DNA of 64,000 bases from Vicugna vicugna (taxonomy: Eukaryota), in contig MU057809.1 of assembly GCA_013265495.1 (NCBI GenBank), positions 1,417,062 through 1,481,061 of the forward strand. Reading direction: 5' to 3'. The notes under the pieces are model-generated. The model was not told the DNA's origin, searched no databases, and saw nothing but the letters and a program-made list of their open reading frames with translations. Positions 24,110-34,600 of this stretch are shown here, piece after piece; position 1 is the first letter of the stretch; every line of letters begins with the position of its first letter. The position numbers and the translations under genes are program-made.

Positions 24110-25200
24110 TCCGCCTTTATGACCAACAACCGCGTCTTCTCTGCAGCTGGGGTGTTCACATCCCTGAGTGCTGCCCCCCACCCCCGTTCCCCAGCTCATC
24201 AAGTCCTGCCTCTGGTCCTGCCGCCCTCCTGCTGCCCAGGACCTGCCCCCTGCCCTGACTGCCCCCCTCCTCTCCCCTCCTGTCTGCCCTGGGGTGAATC
24301 CAGCTCCCGTCTCCCCTGCAGTGGAACGCGGCTGGAGAAGACGCACCCTGGGGTGGTCAGCTCCTGCTGCACAACCATGACCCTCGAGGGTGCCTGGTGC
24401 CCCCAGCCCTTGCGTCTTCTCCCTCTAACCTCTGATGACAACCTTGCTTTCTTTGCTGAGGAAATACAAAGGGCACTCCCACGCCTCCCTCACCTCCCCA
24501 CCTGCCGCCCTGTGCTCCCCGTTGTACAGGTGGACGCCCCCCGGCCCTCCACCCGTCGCCCTGCCTGCTCCCACCCCTTCCAGCAGCTCTTCCGCTGTCC
24601 CCTCTCACGGGAGCTGCTATTACTTCTCCCGTCTTAACACCCTCGCTGCCCCCGAGGCCCCTCCAACTGCCAGCCTGCTTCTCTGCTGCTACATAGCCAC
24701 ACCCCTTGGTGAGAGTCCTTCCCTCCGGCTGTATTTGCTTCCGCCTCCCTGAGCCCCCCTGCCTGTTCCCCCCCAGCCCTGCACATTCCTGTCCCCCCGA
24801 AGGCTCCATCCCCGCCCCTGCCCTCTCTGCACTCATGCTCCCAGCGCTGCGGCAGCAAGTTACTGGGCGATGTCCTAATGCCTGGTGCCTGAGACGTGAC
24901 CGCCCCGGGGGATGGGGTTTACAGCTGTCAGCACACCGGCCGTCCCTTCGTCCACATGAGGTGCTGTGTTCACGGGTCTCAGGCACTAGACGCGACATCT
25001 GTGGGGCCGTCCGTCTGCTGCCAGGGGCTGTAGGGGCTCTTCCCTTGAGCAGCCACCGCACTGGCCCAGTGGCCTTTTCGCTGCTGCCACCTGGATGTCA
25101 CTGGGTGTCCTGGACCCTGTCCAAACCAGCTCTCCTGACAGCTTTGGAAACAGACACCCTGAGCTGCTCCTTCCCCCGGGGCCTGGTCCGTAGCCCCAGC
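24110..25200. mobile_element. Old L2 LINE remnant, C-rich
   Basis: Segments gaacgcggctggagaagacgcac, tgatgacaaccttgctttctttgctgaggaaatacaaag and cagctttggaaacagacacc resemble L2. Boundaries approximate. Confidence 0.5.
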
Positions 25201-25398
25201 TTCACGTTGTGCAGCTTGGCTGCTCTGAGTTCAGGCTCAGTCGGACAGTTTCTCAGGGACATCACAAGGTTGTGTCCGACTTTGGGATGGGCTGGTCCCC
25301 AGCAGAGGAAGAGGGTGATGAGTTTGCCTGCCCTGAGCCCTGGGCTGGGAGATGGGGGCCTAGTCACCTCCTCACGGGCCCCCTGCCTGTCCCCACAG

Positions 25399-25527
25399 AC
25401 GGCATCTTGTCTTTCCTGAAGAGCAGCAAGCCAGGGGACGCTCTGTGCGTGCTGGGCCTCACGCTGTCCGACCTGTACCCGCAGGAGGCCTGGACCTTCA
25501 CCTTCGGCAAGTTCCTTCCCGGGCACG
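25399..25527 (+). CDS. AMZ1: AMZ1 coding exon 3
   Basis: Acceptor ccccacag, donor gtgagt, 129 nt. Encodes (D)GILSFLKSSKPGDALCVLGLTLSDLYPQEAWTFTFGKFLPGH. Confidence 0.95.
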
Positions 25528-25725
25528 GTGAGTCAGAGCCCGGGGCTGGTGCACACTCACATTCTAGCCCCCCATGCGGGAGGGGCCACCCGCCCAGGGC
25601 TGCCGTCATGGGGCCCTGCTGGCAGGGCCGGGCCTTTAGGACCCGTGCGTCCTGAAGGGTGGCTTTCCCCGTGGGCTCCCTGAGCTGAGGCTGCCCCTGG
25701 CACCCCTGTCTCCGCCTCTCCCCAG

Positions 25726-25895
25726 AAGTGGGCATCTGCAGCTTTGCCCGGTTCTCGGGGGAACTCCTGCAGCTGGAGCCCAGCGCCCCTGACCCGGCCC
25801 TGGTGGACATGGCAGCAGATGGCACGGAGGCGCCCCTGCAGGACAGAGGCCGCACCATGTGCTTCAGCGCCCTGGGGATGGTCCAGTGCTGCAAG
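25726..25895 (+). CDS. AMZ1: AMZ1 coding exon 4
   Basis: Acceptor ctctccccag, donor gtgggt, 170 nt. Encodes (E)VGICSFARFSGELLQLEPSAPDPALVDM...FSALGMVQCCK. Confidence 0.95.
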
Positions 25896-26286
25896 GTGGG
25901 TGCGGCGGAGCAGATGTGGGGGAAGGACGAGGACGGGAGGTTGGGGGTTCTGGCAAGCTCTGGGAAGATGCTGGGCTGTGGAGTCAGACAGGAGGACGTG
26001 AGGGGACAGCCCCTGGACCCTCTGCGTCCAGGCCGTGATGCTGTCCAGCTCTCCCAAGGATGAGGACGAGCCTTCACTCACAGGGCGTGGACACGAAGGC
26101 TCAGGGACACCAAGCCGTCTGGGGTCACACACAGCCCTGACGTGGCGGGGCTGGGACGTGAATCCCCGCATGTCTGGCGTTGGGACCACCACCCCAGTGG
26201 CCTGCCTCTCCCCCTGGAGCCCAGGGTGTCCCGGGGGTCGGGGGTGGGGGCTCAAGGCTGCATGGTGCGGGGACCGTCTCCCGCAG

Positions 26287-26463
26287 GCCACCTGCCACGG
26301 GCTCTGCCACCTCCTGGGCCTGGGGAGCTGCCGGTGGCTCCGCTGCCTCATGCAGGGGGCCCTCAGCCTGGACGAGGCGCTGCGGCGGCCCCTGGACCTC
26401 TGCCCCATCTGCCTGCGGAAGCTGCAGCACGTCCTAGGCTTCAAGCTCCTGGACAGGTACAAG
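26287..26463 (+). CDS. AMZ1: AMZ1 coding exon 5 (zinc-binding motif, Met-turn, Cys4 site)
   Basis: Acceptor ctcccgcag, donor gtgagt, 177 nt. Encodes ATCHGLCHLLGLGSCRWLRCLMQGALSLDEALRRPLDLCPICLRKLQHVLGFKLLDRYK. Confidence 0.96.
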
Positions 26464-27623
26464 GTGAGTCCCGCCCTGGAGGGGCGGGGGGCTTGCGGCA
26501 GGTGGGATGGATGCGCGTCTGTGACCCGCAGGGAACGCAGGCCTGCGCTGTCAGCTCTGGGGGTCTCGTGGGCCTGGCTGCACCCTGGCCCAGGGCTGGT
26601 GGCTGTCACCACAGGCTGCTCGGGGGTGGCGGGGCGCACAGCTTCGATTCCCCAGGCACCCCCAGTCCGAGCCGGTTTTCACCACGCACGGACAGGCGGG
26701 CCTGAGACCCTGTCCCCGCACTTCTGTCCTTACGCTGGGTCTTGCTCACGAGGGGGCCTCCCCGGCATCACCTCCTCTCTGCTCAGCTCAGGCCGCCCGG
26801 AGGAAGGGCTGGCCCCTCGGGGGAGGAGGCAGAACCAGACTAAACAGGAGTCTCTGGAGGGGCCGGCAGGCGCTCCTCTCAGTCGGCCCTGCCCTCTGCA
26901 GGGCAAGCCCGTGGGGCGACGCTGCCCTCTGCTGCTGGCCCGCGGCACTGCGGGGCCCAGGAGGGCGAGGGGACTCCGGGGGAAGGGGTGCATCCTGTGG
27001 GAAAGCTTGTTTGAAAACTCAAACTTTGCAAACGTGGTTACTTTTTCTTTAAAACCCACCTTTGGATGAAAACACCAAGGTAAAGTTTTCCTTCAAATTA
27101 AGGCACAGGCCTATCAACATAATAGCTTTGGTTTAATTTTAAGACCCAGAGGTTTAAGCCGGAAGCTTTAAATGAATCCCATGGTGTTTGAAGTTCTGGG
27201 AAGCTGGCCTCCCCCCTTGCAGTGGTCAGTGTCTGGAGACCACTGTGTCCAGGTGCCCACGGAGCGGGCGAGGCTCCGCGTTCCTAACAGGACCCCAGGT
27301 TGCTGCTGGTCGGGGACTCTGTGTCGAGGACCGTGGACTAGGGGCTGGGCACTTCCAGGTCACAGAGCTGCCTCCTGGCACAGCTCTCTCCCAGGCGTCT
27401 CCATGGTAAAGAGCAGGTCCAGGGGCTCCGAGGAGACGGCCTGCCTGGTGGGAGAGAGGAGGTGCCGAGCCGCAGCTGCCCGGCTGCAGACTGGCCGACA
27501 GTCCTCAAGAGGGTGTGACTGGTGTGTTCGTCAGCGGCGAGCGCCTGCCCCACCAAGCGCAGGGTCAGGGGACTTGGCCATAAGCAGCTCATTATCTTCA
27601 CGGTGGGTTTACGGTGAAGGGAG

Positions 27624-27674
27624 GCAGGGGGCCCTCAGCCTGGACGAGGCACTGCGGCGGCCCCTGGACCTCTG
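27624..27674 (+). repeat. Intronic 51-bp duplicate of AMZ1 coding sequence 26352-26402
   Basis: gcagggggccctcagcctggacgaggcActgcggcggcccctggacctctg versus exonic ...gaggcGctg...; 50/51 identical. Confidence 0.95.
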
Positions 27675-28240
27675 AAAAGGTGGTCTGAAAAGGTCTGGGA
27701 TTTCTCATTATGTCCTTTCTTGGGGTCCTGCCCGCCTGTCAGACAAGAACCCCCCCATTCATCCCTCCCTGGACACCCCCCACCCTGCCCGAACCTGATT
27801 CCTAACCTGGTGGGGCCCCGGGGCCGCCCTGGGTCTGTACCAGTCGGGGGTGTGCTGGGAAATGCCGCTAAGGAAAAGCCTCGATGTGGAGTATCCGCCC
27901 CTGTCCATGGCGTGAGGACCCCACCACGGCCAATTCCGAGCCGTCCCTGGAGAGGGTCGGGAAGAGGTGGCCAGTAGTGGACCCTGGGTGTGTCGGCTGC
28001 ACGAGTGCGCCAGGAGCAGAGGCGCTGGTGGCGTGTTGGAAAAGCGCCAGCCGCGTTTTTGCTGGAGGGCTGTTCCACTGTCAGCTCTGCGAGAACGGAC
28101 CCTGAATGTCGGCCAGGCTTGCAAGGCCCCTGGAAGCTTGCCTCTTCAGAGGCACTGGTCTGAGGGCCCCTGGGTGGTGGGGCCCCTTGGCCAGGGAAGT
28201 GGCCGCGCAGGCCGGCTCAGCCCGTGTCTCTCCCTCTTAG

Positions 28241-28783
28241 AGGCTGTACCTGTGGACTCAAGTGGCGGCGGGGACAAGGCCTGGCCTGGAGGCGGGGGAG
28301 CCGTCTGTGTCTGAGGACACCCCGCCCTGCAGCGCGGACTCGGGCCTGTGCTGTGAGAGCGACTCAGAGCCGGGCACCAGCCTGTCGGAGCCCCTCTCCC
28401 CCGACGCCTGGAGCCACGCCTTCCCTGCTGGCCCTGAGCTGGAGCCCGAGGATGGGCTGGGCTCCCTGGCGGCCGCCGAGGGGCCGGTGGCGGCCCTGGC
28501 GGAGCACGGGCGGTGGCTGGCGGCCTGCGTCCAGGCCCTGGAGAGAGATGTGACCGAGGATGAGCTGGCAGAGCTGGACAGGGCGGTGGATGGCCTGGCC
28601 CGCTGGGAGATGTTCACCGGTCGGCTCCCGGCCCCCAGGCAGGGCCTGCCCTGCGGCAGAGACAGTGCGGGGCTGCGCAGAGTCCTGGGGGACAAGTTCT
28701 CCTCCCTCAGGAGGAAGCTGAGTGCTCGCAAGCTGTCCCGGGCCGAGTCCTCCCCCCGGCGCTGGAAGGCCGAGGACAATTAG
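28241..28783 (+). CDS. AMZ1: AMZ1 last coding exon
   Basis: Acceptor tccctcttag ends at 28240. Encodes RLYLWTQVAAG...SADSGLCCESDSEPGTS...WEMFTGRLP...VLGDKFSSLRRKLSARKLSRAESSPRRWKAEDN, with stop TAG at 28781-28783. The spliced CDS totals 1491 nt (496 aa plus stop). Confidence 0.95.
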   Translation, partial: RLYLWTQVAAGTRPGLEAGEPSVSEDTPPCSADSGLCCESDSEPGTSLSEPLSPDAWSHAFPAGPELEPEDGLGSLAAAEGPVAALAEHGRWLAACVQALERDVTEDELAELDRAVDGLARWEMFTGRLPAPRQGLPCGRDSAGLRRVLGDKFSSLRRKLSARKLSRAESSPRRWKAEDN

Positions 28784-30072
28784 CACGGCTGGTGTGTCTT
28801 GTCCAGCGCCTGCCCATCCCAGGACACCAGCTGCCCCGGCGCCGCGGGCCCAGAGCCGCCAGGAAGGAGGTCTTGGGGGAAGCAGAGGGAGCGCCGTGCT
28901 CCCCCATGCCCAGTCCCAACCCGCGGCGGTGGAGCCCAGCATGGGGTTCCTGGGCCCCGGGAGGGCTGTCCTCAGCCCCACCAGACCTCAGAGTGGGTGG
29001 CGGTGAACAGGCACTGCTTCTCCTGTGGCCTGGGGTCCCTCCAGCCATTCACAGCAGGAGCTCGGAGGCAGCCCTGGGCAGGGCGGCACAGTGGAGGTGG
29101 GCGGCCTGATGCTGCCAGCTCAGGTCCAAGGCCCACAGGCAGGGTCTCCAGTGCAGGGGGCTGTTTCTATGTAGTGCCCCCCCTCCCCGAGGAAGGTTGC
29201 TTTCTGCAGCAGTAACTGCATTCTGCCCTTGGAGGGTGTCTCCATGGGCCTTGGGGACGGCCACCACCCACTGGAGGACGTGCCCAGGGCTCTGCACCAG
29301 GAAGGGAGGGTGTCGGAGGGGCAGGTGGGAGGTGCTGTGAGCAGAGGCCCTTCTGCCTCCCCAGACAGCTGCCTGCTGTGACTGGCAGTGGGGAAAGCCA
29401 GCTGGGGTTCTGCCCCCGGGACCGCTGTCTGACACTGGCGGTCCGCACGCCTGCGAGGGCGGTGTGGTCAGGGCTTTGTCCAGGACAGCTGTCGTCCGGC
29501 GGGGCCTTCGGGTCTAGCTCACCCAGTCGCCGGGAGGGTGTGAGAACGCCCACCACCCCTGCAGGATGGGCTCCCTTTAGTTTTGCCAAATTTTGCTTCT
29601 GGTTATTTGAAGCTCTTTTATGGACACACATTTGACTGTTTTCCTGACAAACTGACCGTTTTCATGATCACATGTGTTGGGGAGCGATGCTTCTGGTTCT
29701 GACGGCAGGATCCCAGCAGAGTGAGGAGCGGGCTCAGCTATGTTCCCATCTGGGAGGGGGTGAGGACGGGGCAGGCCCTGCGGCTTGCGGGCAGCTTGTG
29801 CAGTTTTGGGGGCCTTCTGAGAAAGACAACACAAAATACAAATACAGAATCAGGAGGGCACCCCCACCCCCAGCAAGAGCGCCTGAAGCCTCCCTGGAAT
29901 CAGGCCAGATGAGAATGTAGGTCCCAGTCCCAGAAAAGCGCAAAGGAACGAGGCCATCGTGCACGTGAAGGCGCCCAGATGCAGCTCTGCCGCCCCCGCC
30001 CTCGTCTGCACGGCTGTGAAGGGGTGTCGCGGGGCCCCACCGCCAAGCAGGATGGCGGCGGCTGGCGCCTGG

Positions 30073-30410
30073 GTGTCTGCTGCTGTGAGCACACCGCTCC
30101 CTCCTCGGTGGCTTAAAACCCCAACCGTCACTCTAGCTCGGGAGTCTGCAGTGCGGGCGGGCCTCGGGGGGCCGGAGCGGCCAGCGCTAGCGTGGTTCAC
30201 TCACGGGGCTGCCGCGTGGCTAGGCTTCCTTCAAGCGTGGCGGCTGCCTGCTGACGGCGGATTTCCTAGAATCATGTGGAAAAGGCTAGAGGTTGAAGAT
30301 CATCACTTCCACTCTATTAAGGCCACCCCGTCACCTGTGCTCACACCCGGGGAGGGGCTGTAGACCCCACCTCCGGGCTGTGGCCAGGTTCCGAGGAGCG
30401 TGAGGTGGAA
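30073..30410. mobile_element. GC-shifted MLT1-like LTR remnant
   Basis: tctgctgctgtgagcacacc...ggtggcttaaaacccc...gagtctgcagt...catcacttccactctatt follows the layout of old MLT1 LTRs. Confidence 0.45.
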
Positions 30411-31622
30411 GACCTGCCTCCCCCTGCGTGGACCGGCCGTCACGCCGGCAACACCACCTGACCTACTCTGCTTTCTGTGAAGAGTAACTGCCTCAGGGAT
30501 GGAAGACGACCCGGAGGGGACAGAGGGGGCTCCATGCCAGGTCTTCAGCACCAGCTATCTGTGCCCATGGCCTTTGCCTCCCAACTGTCATAAGTGTCCC
30601 AAAACAGCATCCTGAAGTCGGGAGGGACAGACCGCTTCCTCCCTGGCCTCCACCAGCTGCAGATGGAGTACAATTTTCAAAGACAGCCGCTGGGAGGAAT
30701 GCTTTGAAAATAAAACTTTCAGGAACAGAGATCAGATTCCTTCCTTTGCTAGAATAGGGGTCCAGGTTCTGTCCCTGCCGGGGGCGAGGAGCCGCTGGGA
30801 CAGTCCCTTGGGAAGCGGCTACGGCAGAGGAGGTGTCAGTGAACGCTGTCTCCCGGAGCAAAGGCATGTTCACCAGACAGGGTGCAGCTGGGCACCTTAA
30901 CGGGGCTGAACTGCAATGTCTACAGAGAACCTTATCCCAGAAACAAGGGGCCCTGGCTTTTATTTTTGTAAATGCATGAAATTAACTTTTTTGCTTCCTC
31001 ATCTCCTTATCTGTCGAAGGTCCCTGCAAGTCATGAGGAGAGGTCTTCGAGCTTGCCCATGGACCCCTCGTGCCCCCACACTCGCGTGGGCCGGGGTGGA
31101 GGGGCTTGGATGGAGCTGAAAGTGCTCAGGGCTCGTTATGTTACCTGTGCCGCCGCATGTGAGGCGGGGCTGGGGCATCTCCAGTGCCTTCGAGAGCAGC
31201 TTCAAGCCCACGCTGAAACTCCATCTTGGTGGAGCAGCAGTGCCCGCTGGCCCTCCCCCTGCCTCTCCCCTCCCCCTGCTCCCCTCCCAAAGCCCAAACT
31301 CGCCATCAGGTGCTGGGGGGAGAACCACCCCAAAAGCCGCCCTCCCCGCCTTTCCTGCTGGCAGCTGAGCCCTGGTGGCGTGGGAAAGCGACTTCAGCCC
31401 CCGAGCCCCTCAGCCGTCGCCCCATTTCCAGAGCATGGGCAGGGATGTGGTCCTGATAATACTGCCCCATGGGGCGTCTGACTGAGACCTTGCTGGGAGG
31501 AAAGCAATCTCCAAAAGGGCTTAAAAACACACACGATGGCTTAGCCACACAGCTCACAGTAAAGCTAGGAGTCCAAATTTAGAGCCCATCACGTTCAAAG
31601 GCACAGCTATAGCATTCCAGGG

Positions 31623-31640
31623 ACACACACACACACACAC
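31623..31640. repeat. (AC)9 microsatellite
   Basis: acacacacacacacacac. Confidence 0.9.
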
Positions 31641-34600
31641 GGAAGGGTCACTCATGGGCCCGACAGCAGGGCCGGGCTGCTAGACCCGTATCAGTTTGGA
31701 AAAAGGCAGGCAGATCGTCCCTGCAAATCAAATCCCCTTTGAAGGTGTCCTTCTAAGCACCAGAGAATTTCTTACGTCCTGCAAGGCAGGTGCCCTTATC
31801 CCATTTTAACCAAGGGCGCAGAGAGGTTTGGTCACGTGCCCCGGGCTGCAAAGCGGGGGCTGGTATTCAGGCTAGGTTCGCCCTGACTTAGCCCTCCGTG
31901 TTCTAGGTCCTTCTTGGGAAGGCACGCCAGGTGAGTCTGACCAGGAAGGGTCGGGAAGAAAGCATGAGGGTGGGAGCCCTGCACCCCTGGCTCCTCCGCC
32001 CCAGCCCTGGGCCGGCTCTGCCCGGGGTGCTCAGATTGCCCGGAAGCTCTCTGGCGGATCGAGACTCCGGAGGCCTGAGCAATGGCCTGGGTGGGTGGCC
32101 GGCGCGCTGGGGCAGAGACGCCAACTCAAGCAAAGCCTGGGGTTGCTCGGGCTTCGCTGATGTGTTTGTGTGACGAGGGTGCGTCCCCAGGAGCATTTTT
32201 ACCCTGGTGAAGACCGGGAGGACCTGAGCTGGAGCCCGCTCGCAGGGGAGCGGACAGGGGCTGCCTCCAGGCTGGCTGTGCCCGCCTGGGACCCGGACAG
32301 GCCGTGGGGGGCGGCTGGCGCTGTGGACCCCACGGCTGGCCGGCCTTGACCCCTGCACACTCCCGGGGCTGGAATCTCTAGTGGGGCCAGGCTAGGCCTG
32401 ATGGCTGTGCACAGAGGAGCCCGGTTCTAAGGAAACCCCAGGAAATAGCAAATTTATCACCCTCAGAATGTCAGGCTGTGAAAGCTCAACACAGAGAACA
32501 GGCCGGGAAGCGCCTGCTGCTTCGGGAGCTGCTGAAACCCGTGTGACTGACGGGCAGGAAGCGCCGAGCGCCTTGCCTTTTCCAGCACCTCCGTCGGGGA
32601 GAACCCAGAACGATCGTGGTCTATTTTCAAACTCAGCTTCTTGGGTAAGAAGGCAAATGAAAACAAGCTTATGTCACGGGGTTATTTTAAAAAGCAGTTT
32701 CCAAGAAATGTCCTGGCCCCCCCCCTCACTGAGGACCAAGGGCTCGCTCATCAAAGAGGCGGCTGGACCCCGCCTCCCGCGCTGCTCAGGGATCCAACCT
32801 CGCATGGCCTCGCGATCGACCCAGGCTCTCAACTGGAAACAAAACCAGCTCCACGTGCGGCCAAAGTCACACAAGCATTTCCACCAACTTTGCTGTCCTG
32901 AGCCTGGGCCGGGCCTGGTGTCCGTCACCTGGCTTGAGACCCCCGCGGCCCCTCGGCTCTCTCGTCCGCTCCCTGACCCGACCTCCGCCCGGTGCCAACT
33001 TCCTGGCTGCAGCGTGGCCGGAACACCACTCCGCAAGGCCGCGTGGCTTCCCTCCTGGTCCCCGGACAGTCTCACCACGGTTACCGTGTTGTTCTTTCTG
33101 GCATTGCATCCACCACGTTGCTGTTTAACGGGCTCTCACTGGCTTGTGATCTGTGGGGACTGGTTGGAAAGCCGGCTCCTGCGCTGCTCCCTGCACCTGC
33201 GGGTTCACACTCACCTGCTGTGGGGACGGCAGGACCAGCGGGGCAGGGGCCCCCCGGAAGCACTGATCTGCGGAAGCTGGTCATTCCCTTCTCTGTCCCT
33301 CCTTCAGCCTTTGGGCCACGAAAGGTGGATTTCAAATGAGGAGTAACTGACGTCTGCGCCCGACAGCCCTTCACCTTGGCGGGTGGGGAGGGGGCACGGG
33401 GCCGGCTCGCCTGTCAGTGGGGCTGCCCTCCCGCCCTCCAGGTTAAATTGGGGGACAGGGTTGCTGGCAAACGGGTTCCTGGAAGGAGAGCCTGTGGGGG
33501 CCCAGTGTGCAGAAAGGAGCCCTCCTGAGAGCAGCCACCTCACATTAAGGCAGGGAGGCGCGGGAGCACGTCCACCTGTGCGAGGAGACGGCGCAGGGCG
33601 GGGCTCACCTCCCCCTGAGACCACATCAAGCCATTTTCCACCCTTGCTCCTTGGGAAGGACCAGGGGCGTTTCCCTTGAACGTCCCTTTGGGGAGAGTCC
33701 CCTTCAGAGGATGGTGGGGACAGCGGTGTCCCCACCGCCGCCCCACCTCTGGCTCCCGGGGATGGAGGCTGACGTGTGTGGGGACCCTCCTTCCTCCTCC
33801 GTCCTCGGGCCTGCCCGTCCCTCTCCTGCTTCTCATCAGCACCGCCCCTGGGTCCTGGGCTCCGAGCAGGAGTGAAGCCGGGTCCACGGGGCTGAGCCTC
33901 CTTCCCTGCCTGGGACCCGGGAGGCCCTCGGCCCCCAGTGCTGGGCCCAAAACAGGCCTCTCCCAGCAGCAACCACATTGCCCTGATTCCATGAGCGTGG
34001 ATCACAACTTGACTAAATGACTTGATGGGCCCTGGCCCTGTCCAGAGCCGAGTGGAGGTGCGCCCACCTGCCGGCATCCTGACCCCTGGGTCATGGAGGG
34101 CTTTGACCTGCCGAGTGAATTGCGGGTAATCTGAATCTCCTCTGGGGCCTACATGTTACATTTCCATTCTCAAAATTAACACGTTAACCAACGAACTGAG
34201 AGAGAAGCCTTGAGAGAAGAGGGTGACATTCTAGAAATCTAACTGAAAACAAGAGAGTCCACCACGTGAGCGTAGTGAGTAACCCCTCCCCGCTCAGGTG
34301 CCCGGCACCTGTCGGAAGGTGTCTACAGGGCTGCTCTGTTCTCGGTGGCAGGGCCCCCTCTCAGGGACGGACCCTTGCTGACGTGGGCAGGCTGCGGGGT
34401 CTGTGTTCATCCACCACACATCCTCGAGGCTCCTCTTCTGTGCCAGTCACTTTGCCCAAAGTTACGAAAACGTGCCACCACAATGGGCCACTTCCTAAGT
34501 GCTGCTCCGTGTCCACGTTCCCCAGGGCCACGGCTGACGCTTCTGATGTGCTGTAACACGAAGGCCAGCTTTCTCTACTTTTTTGGGAGGGGAGGATCAT

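Noticed and set aside
25557..26639. 360-aa antisense ORF over the AMZ1 exons
   Set aside because: This is a shadow of GC-rich coding exons and introns, with no independent protein signature.
20648..28783. AMZ1 as a classical pseudogene
   Set aside because: The reading frame, start, stop and all GT-AG splice sites are intact. Only the catalytic motif is altered.
32468..34077. 292-aa (+) and 257-aa (-) ORFs between AMZ1 and GNA12
   Set aside because: No recognisable homology, and the composition is what GC-rich non-coding DNA gives by chance. This cannot be fully excluded without expression data.
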